The translations under genes were made by a program, and so were the position numbers. The notes beneath the pieces are model-generated. The model had not been told where the DNA came from, made no database searches, and was given only the letters and a program-made list of their open reading frames with translations. A stretch of 64,000 nt of DNA. Origin: Octopus vulgaris (lineage: Eukaryota). Below, piece after piece: positions 26,801-40,800 of this stretch. The DNA lies in NCBI GenBank assembly GCA_951406725.2, contig OX597814.1, positions 86,490,001-86,554,000 on the forward strand. Direction: 5' to 3'. Within the stretch, counting starts at the first letter, position 1; every line of letters starts with the position of its first letter.

Positions 26801-29800
26801 TCACTCTAAATACTGGGTGCATCTCAGACATAGCTGATGCCCCTTGCACTTTGCTTCCAAGAAAAGATGTCACATGTAAATGCTTCCAGTAGGTTGACTT
26901 TGATGGTTGTAAAAATAAACTTGCTTGTGGCTATCCATATGTGGCAGTGAAAAGCAAGTTATGTTTGTAGATTTGATAAATTGTGAAAGAGAGAGAGAGA
27001 CAGAGTGAGTGAGTGTGTGTGTGTGTGTGCACATGCATGTGTGTACTGTATCTGAACAATATGAAGAAGAGATTAGACATACGATGGCCGAGTGGTTAAG
27101 GCGTTGGACTTAAGTTCCAATGGACATCTGTCCGCGTGGGTTTGAACCCCACTCGTGCTAATTCATTTTAAATGGCGGTGCCCCAGCATGGCCACAGCTC
27201 ATGAGCTGAAACTAGATAAAATAGAATTTTTAAAAATACCTGTAAAAAAAATTTCTGACTATTAGTGGAAACTATTGACTATGAAAAGGTGAGGTACAAT
27301 GTTTATTTCTCTACATAGTTATCAAGTTGTGTTTGTTTTTCTGTACAGCTGTCGAGCAAGGGTTGCTGATAATTAACCAATAATTAATCTCTGCTTGTTA
27401 TTCTCTTCTCATATATGACCAGAGGCTGACTGATAAATTACTTATCAGCTGGTCCAAAAGGTGTTGAAAGTAGACACCAATGTGCTTAAGTGGATGAATA
27501 AATGTCGTGCCAGTTCATGCCAGCCACCTTTGCCAATTTGAAAATTTTCATTTGTATTAATTGAGTACCACAAATATTTGCTACGTACCTCTAAATCTGG
27601 TTACTGTATTTTCGACACAGATGTAGTGGAGATAGCGGCATATTTCAAGGCCAAATCTAATAAAGTGTCTTTACATTTGTGAAGGTAGCCAATTGATAGT
27701 TATTAAAGCATCGGCTAGAATTACACTGTATAACATGATTTTGGTCCTTGAGTAGCCACTATTATTTCTGATTTGTTTACCTCTAAAAAGTATGAAAAAT
27801 GGCTAATATTTCCTGCAAACTTTGCTTTTTTACATTTGTTCAAACACCAAAGAATCCCTCTCAATACATGGCTATTATGTTCCCCCCATTACTCCTGCTC
27901 ATCATTAGAAATGCACATATTGTCAGCCACTAAGGGACATGCTCAAGTGGTTAAGGTCAAGCAAATATGTATGATATTGAGCAGAATATTTGCAGTAACA
28001 ATATTTCTGCTTCAGCAACTCAGCACTGAATCTGTCAGAAATGTAATGGATAATAGGTCAGTTTCAAAACATTGATGTCCAGATCACAAAGCAAAGTTTG
28101 AAGGAAATAATAGTCATTTCCTTTGATTTCTAGATAGAAGCAAATAGGAAATAGCACTTAATGACAAATAACAAAAAAAAAAAGTTAAAATTTTGTTACA
28201 CATTGTTATTTAAGCCCTTTACTCCCAATGGAACATAGGCCATTGACAATTTTTCTACACTGTTCTCAACTCTAGGCTGTCTTTTCAACCCCCAGGTTTT
28301 GAATTGTTAGCAATGCTTTTGTAACTTTGCTCTTTACTAAATAGGGCTACTGGCCCTACACAAACCCATTTTTACCTCTGAGAAAAAGTGGTCCATGTTA
28401 GTCTGGCCTCAATCCTTTGACCTGTCCAGCATGGAAGACCCTACCAGGAGCTTGCATTCTGTTGGTATAGCTCTCAGAGTCACTGAGGCACACAAGCCAC
28501 TTCATTGCAATAATGTGGTGGATCAGATAGAATGCCTTGTGGTATTTGTTCGAGCCCTGCTCTCTGAGTTTGAATCCTGCCAAGGCCAATATTGCCCCCC
28601 CTCTCTCTCTCTATCCCTCTGTCTACCTTGGTGACACTCATTCTTTCAGATTATTTGTGTTTGTGTGTGAGGACAGTGAATTGGCAGAATCATCATTGAA
28701 GACAATATTGGAATCAATTAAGTACCAGTCAAGTCCTGGAGTTGATTTCTTTCTCTCTTCCTCTTCCCTGCCTCTCTCTTTCTTTCTATCAATCACAAGA
28801 AGGGGCTAAGAAAGACACATTCAGATTACAGTACCACAATTCTTCCACCACCACTGTGTGAACACAAGAAGGCAAAACCTTTATTTGAAACGTTGATATA
28901 GTTGAGGTTTTGATGGAGTTAATTTGTGCCTTGGTCTGGTGACAAGAACAAGTGCGGTTACAAGCAATGCATTTCTTATTAAATACAATTAACAGCTATA
29001 AATATCAGAAGGAAGGCAAAGAAGTCATTATTAGAACACTATATATAATTAACTCTCCTGTACAGTTTAGAAACATGAACAAAGATAGTTCTTGTAATTT
29101 TTCATTGTAGTTGTATGAAATAACAGTGAACTGAAGTGAATAAATAGTTGACAAGGATGAATCATTAGAAATGAAAATTAGAAAAGTGACTGACAATCTT
29201 TGACAGCTGAATATACTGGCTAATAAATAAATTAACTCTATTTTTAATGATAAAACAGTATTTTTTTCCAACTCTTAAATCCTGTTACATCTATTTCTAT
29301 ATTGACCAAAGTTCATGACATGATCAAAACTAACCAAGTTTAGCTCAACAAACTATATTATTTAGTTTGAAGGACAAAATAAGAAATAAGCAAAGTAAGC
29401 AATTGATTTGATATGTCTATATTCTCAGGCTATGTACCCTATTATCATTGTGTGTGTTAGTATTTGTGTATAGTATAGTGCATAATGTATGTTTATGTGT
29501 ATGGATGATAGTAAAATTAGTAAAGTGTTATGAATGTTATATCCATCTTCTCCAGCTACAGTTCCTGGGAGGGTCATGAAGGTAGAATCCTCAGGCATTT
29601 CCAGTATAGGGTTCAATCAGAAGTAAATATTTTTATACTTTCCCTGATGGATTCCCAAGCATAACCAACTGAGACTATGGATATTACCTATCTCATTCTT
29701 TGTCTATTGCCCGTTGGCTTGTCTTGAAGAACGTCTTGCAATTCTTTCCTGTAACATTCTAATCACGTGTTTGTAGTACCAGAGCTGTGGAGAATGTGAA

Positions 29801-32800
29801 GAAGTAGAGGCTTGACCTGGAGAGACATTCTAATCTCCTGAATACACACACTGGATGTTACACTGACTGCTAATATCTTTTAAGAAACGAAGACAGTCAT
29901 TAGCAACAACACCCTCTAACACATTGAATCTCTGTCTCTCACCTTAACGACCACCAGCATGGTTTTCATAAAGCCAGATCCATTGGTGGCTTACTCTCCT
30001 CTATTTCTCACAAGTGTTCCAGTTTGGTGAAGCTGTGTTATTACCCTCAACATCAATAAAGATTTTGACTAGCATGCACATTTCCAATCAAAATATCCTG
30101 GGAGATGAGCAGGCCCCATTTCTCATCATGTGGACTGGTAGCTTTCAATCAGATCACTCTATTCCAGTGTGTATTGAGCTCTTTTTACCCCGTATTCTAT
30201 CAACTCTGGTGTGCTCCAGGCTTTTGTTTTGTCATTCATTCTCTTCTTTCTATGGATCAATGACTTACTTGCTGCTACATCCAATAACACCCACTCTTAC
30301 ATACATGATTCTACTATTCATTTACCACTTACAATTTAGACACTACATGCTAAACACAAGCTACATGTAGAATAATAACTAAAGCAAACTCATTGAATTA
30401 TTACTTCTTTTCAATAGCATATTCTGGTTCTTCCTCTGTCATCACTATCTCTTAGGTCATGTTGCCTTCTGTCAATCCTGTATCCCCTGAATCACGTTAA
30501 TTTGTATGTACATGTCTCAGAATACTAAGTACCCTTGCTACTCACACCTCTAATATCCCACTCCTGACTTATCACTATGGAGCCACGTGGCTTAGTGGTT
30601 AGAATGTTGAACTCATGATCATAAGATTGTGGTTTCAATTCTTGGACTGGGCAGTGCATTGTGTTCTTGAGCAAAACACTTCCTTTCACATTGCTCTAGT
30701 CCACTCAGCTGACAAAAATGAATAATCCTCTGACAGACCAGTATCCTGTCCAGATGGGGAATATATATGCCACGAAACTGGAAAACTGGCCCTCATGAGT
30801 CAGTATGACACAAGATGGTGACTTTACCTTTTATTTTGACTATCACTATCATTCATGTCTCTCTCACTCAATCATTCATGATAGTGGAAGTTGTAAGTGA
30901 CTGAGCAGAGATATGTTGTCAAGAGGTTCTTTTAGTTGTGTCATTGAACATAGCTACCTCTCTAGTGCTTGTGCCATGAAAAAACACACCTGATATACTC
31001 CGTAAAGTTTAAGGTTGAGAGAACTGTTTAGTCTTGTTAGGAACATGACATTTACCTAGCACTTGTGCTTCACAGAAAAAGCAATTAGTACTCTCTGTAA
31101 GGCAGTTGTTTGTTAGGAAGGGTATCCAATTGTAAAAACCAAACCAAAAATGCAACTCATGTGCAAGATGTGGCTCTCTGATCTATCTATTCGAGCAGCA
31201 CACCTGAATATTCACTGAATCCAATCATGACAACCCTTCTAGACCATGCTACCATTGAAAGTGGTTATAAAATGATGATGATGATGGTATATACACATGT
31301 GTATGCTCTCACTCACACACAAAATGAAATTGTAGTGTATGATTTGAGTAAGGGCTGACTGACTTGATTCATAACCAGGACATTTCAGTGTCTATGGGAC
31401 AAATTTGCTTACGAGACAGGACATGGACTGTCTCAGCCAAACCAGGACATATGGGGGGGTCTACACACACACACACACACACACATGGTGTCAAAGTGAG
31501 TCATGTCAATTTAAGAGGACTATTTTTTTTTTGTAATAAATACTATCACTTAGAACTTTTGTCATTGATACTAGCCAAGTAAAAGAATTGGTTATCTTGT
31601 TTGGAAGCACCCTCCCTTTTTCTTTTTTTTTTTAATAGAACATTGCGGTATTCGAATGATAGGATTATTATTGTATACACCTTTCAGCTATAACAGTTTG
31701 TGGAACTATCGAGAGAAATTCCAGTGGACTTTTGAACTGATCAAAGACCTGTATAACTTCTACAAAAAGACTAGGGAAGATCTTTCAATAGGTTACATGA
31801 AAAGGATGAAGAATAACTGGGGTCTAAAATGCCATGACTGCTCAAACAACAACAAATGGCAACATTCCTTGAGAAAAGCTTAGCTGCTTTCCCCACAGAC
31901 CAACAGAATCACACAGCAAATATGAGTCAAACTAAATTAGTGAATTCTCCTGAGGAGACCATGAACAATACGGATTACAAGTGATGTGATAACAAAAGAA
32001 TTAAGACAAACGTAGTATCAAAACACGAACGAGCAGAAACTAATAACAAAGAAACAGAATTAAGTGAAGAACGTAGACAATTGAAAGAGCTCTTAATAGC
32101 ATTTTTTTAAAAAGCCCTATCTACATTAACGTACAATTAATGAGAAAGAGAAAACAATTACCTCAAAAATTGAGAGAAAACTGACCAACCTAATGAGCCA
32201 AATACCTAAAGAATAATTAGCAGAACATTGAATGTTCTATATTGTGCTGCGATTACCATTCACCAACAGATGGGAATAGCAGAGATCGATTGCAGTAAGA
32301 AAAAATAACCAAGATAGATTACCCGTCTGCAGACACATGTCGACAAATTCAGGTAAAATATTGGACAGCTAGACAGTACCATTAAGTGCAAAGTAAATAA
32401 TAAATTCATGAACCACCAGTTGCAACTTCATGATAGATTATCTAATGTCTATAGGAACGACCAACAAGAGAAATTAATGGACAAATGAACTGCAAATGTT
32501 AAGTGAACAATTTCATTATAAAAGAAACCTTCAAGAACAAAAAAGCCATCAATCACAAGTTTGCAATAAACCTTCGAGTGGTGTATTATAGTTTGAAAAG
32601 CCATCCCATTAAAGGTTATGAATGATCTAAAGTCGTTTTGAGGAGGGATCTGAAATATAAACAAACAACACAGCTGAGGTGCAATGTGGTTAGATGAGCT
32701 ACAGATTGAGTATTATGCAAACACCTCTCCCAAACCTTATAATATTAATAGTGAAACTTCCTTACGGTTGTTGCAAAACTACAAAATGGTAAATCACCAG

Positions 32801-35800
32801 ACAGAAAACTGATAGTAGGTTATTGGTATAGAAAACTCACATACTACAACACTAGTTGTATAAAAAACCATGAGACACAAGTAGCTAAAAATTACAGGTC
32901 CATAGAATGCTTCAATGTGATGTAATATATATATATATAGGTCATTTGAATGCATTCCCCTTCACTGTGAAACACACAATGTCTGAAGAGCAGGCAGGAG
33001 AAAAGCAAGGAGCATGGGGGTATGCCGAACAACCCATCAACAAAGCTGTCTTTAAGGAAGTAAAGCAGCACTACCGAACCTTGCTGACTGTATGGCTAAC
33101 AATAAGAATGCGTTTAATTCTGCTCATCACTCACTAAGCCTTGCAAAGGTTCCAAATGCTTTGGTCAATGCCATTGAGAGGAGACTACAATATGGTCTAC
33201 AGCACTATCATTAAGACATCATCAGAATTAAGCTATCAAAAGCTATACCATTACTTGTTTTTAGAGTGACAGCTTAACTGCCATGCTTTTTGAACCCCAT
33301 GTCAGCTCTTTTAAGGAAACACAAGGACTACAGGATCAGCTTTACAGATAAAAGAAAGATTAATTTCCTAACTTTTGTTGACATCCTTGAATATTAATTA
33401 ATATTCAAGACAACAAGAAGCAGTTAGACCTGGTCACAACATTCTGACTGGGCACAAGAGTGGAATTTGGTCAGGACAAGTTCTAATATTTGTGAGGAAA
33501 TGTTGGCCAGGCAAGAGAAATGGTTGTCAATGTCTATCTTTCCTATCGCAAGTGATGAATGTTGCAAATACCTTGGAATAGACGAGAATATTGCCTGTGT
33601 TGCTGATGTGAATAAAGCACAAACATATGCAAAAGAATACTTCAGCAGGCTTCAGGAGATATGGAAGTCAGAACTGTCTACATTCACGAAAACTATATCC
33701 CTCAATGTGCTATTTTTGCGTGTGATCTACAAGGGAGATTACTTTAGGTTACTTTTTAAATTATTTTGTATTTTCAAAATTCTTATAATAATTAAGATAA
33801 GCATGTAGATCGCCCACCAAAGTAAATTTGCTCACGTAGATCACATGGAAAGTAGCACTAACAAAAGTAAACTAAAAAGTAATCTCCCTTTAAATTGTAG
33901 ATCACGTGCCAAAGTGGCACTGTTTTTGCAATGCTAGTGCTAGTACCAACATTTTGGATATTAGACTGGATACTTGGAAAAATCTGCAACTTGGGCAACA
34001 GGACTAGGAAAATACTATCAATGACTTGTAGCTTCCACATCAACAGTGACACCTACTGAACAGAAATGAGTGATCATGTGTATACTTAACAGTGAACATA
34101 ACAATATTATGAGATTAGGCGAAGAGCTCTTGAACAAGTACTCCAAGACTAACTTAAACGGAGACTTAGTAGAAAATACGCCTCATACCAATAGAAATTT
34201 ATGCATAGGTACATATCTCGCAAGCTAGAGAATACCAGCAACATTGACAAGAATGGTAATCTGTCCTGGACCTGTGATGAGTATATCACATCTCTCCTAG
34301 AAGGCTATCCCTTTGTTATCTAAGAACAGGAGATAGCTACTAACTACCTGGTCAGCAAAAGAGAATGATGCCTCTAGACCTCCATGCTGTGACAGAAAGC
34401 ATCAATTACACCATACAAGTGTAGATAATGTCACTCATATTAGTAGCAGTCCAAAAATGTCTGCATGATACTTTCCATGAGACATGACATTGCTGCCAAT
34501 ACGATCTACATGTTACTGACTGCTATGCTAAAGGCACATCAGAACCAGAAACTAGCTAATACTTTTATAAATAAAGAATGCTGGTGGAATATTCCAACAA
34601 AAACAGCAACTTGGTGTAAGCACAACAGTCCAAGTATAGTTGTATGAAAGAAGAAGCAAAAGTTATGTACCGTTGTAGAAATCAGTTGTCCAGTGGATGT
34701 GTAAATACTTCGCGAGACACAGAGAGTTGTTCATATTTACTCAGTATTAGCTAGATTTAAAAAATATTATATCTGATTCTGTGCGGTGATTCCTTATTTT
34801 GAGTTAGTATGCTATCCTTGACTAACCTGTAAAAAAGCATTCGGGTAACGCTCTACAATGAAGCTAGTTGTATTACCTCCCTTTACCAACTATTAGATCA
34901 TAAATAATTAAATTAGTTCACACTGAGATCTTGTTTCACACAATTTTAAAATTCGCACATTTTTAAATAGCGATTTCTTTTTCTTTTTTGTCATCAAATT
35001 TATTTATGTAATAAAAAAAATTATAAGTATAAAATTGTTACTTGAATGGTAGTTTGTCACTTAGATTGATAGAGATGACTCTTAACCCTTTGCCTGTCCA
35101 AAAAGTTTTTCATAAATGTCCATTACTTATTTTCAGACTTTTCGTTCTTTTTTCATACATTCTGTGTAATATAAAGCCTTCCTTTGAAAAGTGAAAAGTT
35201 ATCCTGGTGGTCGAAAGGATGCCAGGAAAATATTTCCGTGTTTCATATGTGATACACAGGACAGGCAAAGGGTTAATATCAGATAATTCTCATGAGAAAA
35301 AGTGATAACTTTTGAAAACTTTTGTCACATGCTTATAAAATAGATTACAAATACTCAATTGCACCATAAGTTGCCTCCCTTGTCAACTGATTCTCATTCT
35401 GCAATAGTCACAGGCTCAAAGCCTTATATTTGGTGAACATACATGCTATAAATATGACAAGTCAAAATATAAATCGGTCTCATTATATATATTGCCATCA
35501 TAACTATATAAATACCACTAATAATCTCACCAAACGTTATATCAGTCCATGTGCTAAGAAAGAAGTCTCAACATCAGCCATGGGAAACCACGGCTTCTAG
35601 GACTTCGTGAAAGGCATGCCAAACGAAAAATTACCTTGAATTTTTTTTTTTTTTTGTGGTGTAGTCCGCCTGATGATTAAGTATAACGACGTCATGAGAG
35701 AAATCCTAGGTTTCAACGAAGATCATCTGGCCAACCTGTTCCAAAGAACCTTCAGGCCAGTGCCTATGGATAATTACCAAAAGTCCCTGGCTTGGCAATG

Positions 35801-37550
35801 TTACAGAGGAGCTTTACCAGTTCAAGATAAGCTCTTTAGACATGGGTGTGTGCCTTCGCCGGTTTGTGCAAGATGTGAGCAGGACAGTAAAATTGTCCTG
35901 CACGCGATTGTGCAATGCCCCAAGGTAACTGAGCTCTGGGCTTATGTCGAACACCTGCTGTCGCATTCGAGAAGAGTACAACTGTCGAGCGAATCTGTAA
36001 TTAAGATCGTTCCGCCGACCTTCCTCAATAGGGAGGAGTGAGCCTGTTTTCTCTTGGTAGTTGCTGTTGTGAAAGAGGTAGTATGGAAGACGAGAGTGAA
36101 AGGAATTGCAACAGGCATGTTCATCTCCAGTCTCAAGCTAATCGACTTTTTCGTTTTCCACATGAAACGGAAAATAAGGCTAGAGAAGAAATGCCTGTTG
36201 CAAAGTGTGCTTCGTAAAAGATGGAAGTCTATAGCAAGTATGTTGCGAGTGAAAGAACATGTTTAAACAAGAATATAAAAAGGAGAAAGCAAAGTCTTCA
36301 GTGTGAATATGTGGTTTTTGGGGTCGACTGCATCTTCCGCTTCATCTTTTGTAAATCACTCCTTCTCATTTAATTGTATATATTTTAATTGTTTATTTAT
36401 TCATACGTTTTGTCTCATTCGATACCCTGACCCCAATGTTTGTTTTGTCTGCCCTCATATCATCTCTTTTTCTCAACCTTATGGTTAATAAAGAAATTGA
36501 ATGGATCATGTCTCATGCAGTTTGCTTCTGGAAAACGTTGCCCATGTCTGCTCTACGTGATCGTTCAACCTGCTAAGAAAAACAGCTAAATTCACTCTCA
36601 ATGCTTTACTGTCTTTCGTAAAAAAAACAGGAAGGACAGATCGGTTAATGTAGCCCAAAAGGATCTATTCCATCTCAATTACAGATTTTTTAATTAATTT
36701 TTTTAACTAAATAGTTTCAAACTTCAAATACCGGTAGAATTTCTCATGTAGAAGACGGTTTGCTCTGAACGGTTTTGACAAAATTTCGTATTTTAGAAGT
36801 TATTTCATGTTAAAGTTGTATTTGGGTAATTTCAACCTATCAATGACATGTATTCGGTTGAAGAAAGCTACTACTGTTTGCGATAGTAATCGAAGAGGAA
36901 CAACTTCTGGGCCATCTCTACTAAATGTCACCACTCTACTGCATGAGGAAAGAGTGAGAGAAAGTTGTGGCGGAAGAGTCAGCAGAATTTCGCCATTACC
37001 TTCTGCCGGAGCTGTGTGGAGCTTAGGTGTTTCGCTCATAAACACACACATTGCCCGGTCTGAGATTCGAACCCGTGATCCCTCGACTGCGAGTCCACTG
37101 CTCTAACCACTAGGCCATGTGCCTCCACATTATTCATGTTTAGTGTATAGGACAGTGGTATTGCTTGATATCTTGTCTTTTATCTTTCATTTCTTCCAGT
37201 CATTGAATATCGCATTGAAGAGTTTCATTTGAACAAATTGACCCTAGTATTTATATTTTGCAAAGTCTCATACTTATCCTATCAGTCTCTTTTACTGAAT
37301 CACTAAGTTACAGGGATGTGAACAAACCAACACCAGTTGTCAAGCAGTGGGGCTGTGTGCCACAGGCACAAACAGATGCATGCATATATCAGGAGTGGCT
37401 CTGTGGTAAGTAACTTGCTTACCAACCATATGGTTCCGGATTCAGTCCCAATGCGTGGCACCTTAGGCAAGTGTTTTCTACTATAGCCTCAGGCCAACCA
37501 AAGCCTTGTGAGTGGATTTGGTAGATGGAAACTGAAAGAAGCCCGTTGTA

Positions 37551-37599
<49 letters not shown>

Positions 37600-37800
37600 C
37601 TGTGTTTGCCCCCCTAACATCACTTGACAACTGATACTGATGTGTTTACATCCCCGTATCTTAGCAGTTTGGCAAAAGAGACCGATAGAATAAGTACTAG
37701 GATTACAAAGAATAAGTCCTGGGGTCGATTTGCTTGACTAAAGGCGGTGCTCCAGCATGGCTGCAGTCAAATAACTGAAACAAGTAAAAGAGTATACACG

Positions 37801-37838
<38 letters not shown>

Positions 37839-40800
37839 GACTGGTGCAGGCTCGTGTCAAACCGTCCCACCCATACCAGCATAGAAGGCGGATGTTAAAT
37901 GATGATGATATATATATATATCATATGTATATATGACAAGCCTCTTTAAGTTTCCATCTACCAATTCCACTCACAAGGTTTTGGTCGACTCAGTACTATA
38001 GTTGAAGATAATATTTGCCCAAATGTCACACAGTTGCTCTGAACCTAGAAATATGTGGTTGGGAAGCAAACTTCTTACCACACAGCCACGCTAGTGCTAG
38101 AGTTTTCTCTTTCTTTTCTTTTCCATTAAACCTGGTTGGCATGTCCATATTGAAGACTGCTAACAAGGTCTCTGTTTATGAAATCAATGCATGTAAATAA
38201 ATAACATGGGATGGTCACAATTTCTTGATCATGGTAGACATGGGGTAAAACATCGTAACAATGCAGGGCAATGAATTAGCAGAATTGTTAGAGCATGGGG
38301 AGTCATGCCTTAAAAGTATTTATTCCAACTCTTAGCATACTGAGTTCAAATACTGCTGTTGTCCAAGCGGATCATAGACTTAATATGTCACCAGGTTTAA
38401 CAGCCTCAACTGGTCTTTGCTGCAAGCATTCAACTTTGAGGAGACCTTTCTCTCTCCCTTTCATCAATCTTAAAGGCTCTGATTACAGGTTCAAGTACTG
38501 TCCTGAAAAACGATGTTGTAATCAGCAGAAGAAACATGGTAACATCTACGTCACAATTCAATGTATTTTAATTAGTAACCAAATTACCAAAAAATTATAC
38601 CCTGTCATCTTAAATAGGAAGGACAAATTGGATAATATACAATGATATGCATAAATCGGTATGATTACTGCTTGAGTATCTTACATAATTGATCTGCTCA
38701 TTCAAGACTAACCTTCGACTAAACAACAACTGCACAAATCACTAGACATGCATATGGGGTTGTCAGTAGATCGGGATATCTAAAATGCTTCATCTCTGGA
38801 ACACATATGCTGGAACAAATCTGACAAAAGATTAAACAAACACCAAGAATAACTGAATCCAGCTTCAAATGCCAGTTACTTCCCCTGGTTAAAATATGAT
38901 ATGCATTTCTTCTCAAAATCTTTAGCACCGTGTCATTGTATCATTTATTTATTGATTAGAACCATATAGACTATGATTGTGCTGAGTAGCGTATTTTTAG
39001 AGATTTGGTCGTTCATAACGCTGCTAGTATTTGGTAGAATGTACTAATTTTAGCAACTATTTTCCATCGTAAAGGGACGCAACTCGATACAACGTGCCAA
39101 AATAAACAAGAGATCTTCATGATCATTAGATCTGCTAGAATTATTAATCAAAACTCCCTCAAATGAAACTCTAGCGTTATTTGTGTATGGTGGGGATGGG
39201 GAATGTGTGATTCTTGGTTCCCCTGGCATTGAAAAAAATAATAACCCGGATGATCACGACTGGAATATTTCAATTAAAAGTTTACTTGATTGGAGCTGAC
39301 CTCAATCTAAACAATAACACAGATTCATACATTTTCTTTTTCTTATGTACTTTTTCAGTCCTTGAGTTGTTTTACTGGAGTATCGCGTTGAAAGGTTTAG
39401 TCATTCAAATTTACCCCAGTACTTATTCTATTGTTGTTCTCTTGTTGCTTAACTGCTATGTTACAAGGACGTAAGCAAACCAACACCGTTTGTATTGTCA
39501 AGTGGTAGAAAGCTCAATTCTCAAGCACATGGTTTTGGGTTCAGCCCCACTTCTTGGCACCTTGGACAAATGTCTTCTATTATAGCTGTAGGTTGGGCAA
39601 AGCTTTGTGAGTGGATTTGAGAGATGGAAACGCATATAAGTGTTTGTGTTGCCTTGTCTCAACACCCACATGATAGTTATAAATGAGTGTCATCATCATA
39701 CAAGCAATGCTGTTTGTTTCTAACCTTCTGTGAATATATGTCCAGTCATGAAGAAATATTGATTTCAAATTTTGGCACAAGGCCAGCAATTTTGGGGCAG
39801 GGATAAGTCGATTACATTGACTTACATTCAAGTGGTACTTATTTAATTGACCCTGAAGGGATGAAAGACAAAGTCAACCTCAGCAGGATATGAACTCAGA
39901 ATGTAAAGACAGATGAAATGTTGCAAAGCATTTTTCCACTGTGTGCTAATGATTCTGTTAGCTCACTGCTTTATCATAAGGAAATATTAACTTGCTTGGA
40001 AACAAGTTAAGGCTGGCAACAAGAACATTATCTGGCTGTACAAAATTCTAATGAATTCCATCTGACCCATGCGAGCACAGAAAAGGGCATTATTATGCTA
40101 GTGTTGGTAATGATTGTGACGATGGTGTCAACAACAGCAATAGCGATGGCAATGACACCAATGATGGCAATGTTTTTAATTCTAAGGAAGGATATTCTGA
40201 AGAATGAAATCTCTGATTTACAGAAGAAGTGAGGTCACAGCTGGAACGTCTTTGAGTGGAGCTAATCTGAAGCTAAATGTGAACAATAATAACAACTGTT
40301 GCATTCAGATCTGGATGAATAGAACAAAAATTTTTGCTACATTTCCTATGTCTGGTTCTTTATGAACCTTTGCTTCTACTTTCATTTCATGCTATTTCTA
40401 CCTTAGTAAGTTTGTTCTTTGGGGGTAAAGGAGCTTGTCTTTCACCTTACTATCATACATTTATTTTAGAGTCCTCAGAACTTTAGTGAACCACAAGTTG
40501 GTTCTTTAGATATCTGAGATACAAACACCAGAACTGGCTACTGTTCATAACTGCATTTATTAAAATACCTTTAACCCACTAATTATTGATTAAAAAAAGG
40601 TAACTGCTTTACAATAATGTCAGCAAATAAACTATTAATATGGAGTGTTGATTTAGCTGTTACCATTACATTCCTCTATTTATACTATGTTCTTATTCCA
40701 CGTTTAATGTTCTTTCACTTGGAAATTATTTAATTTTTTTCTCTCTACAACTTATAATTATTTAAATCATGGTCATTCTGGCTATCCACGAATATCAACA

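Noticed and set aside
37040-37128. tRNA gene call for SINE heads (also 30579, 44932, 59453, 63053)
   Set aside because: A and B boxes are present but there is no closed cloverleaf, and each continues into a multi-copy SINE body.
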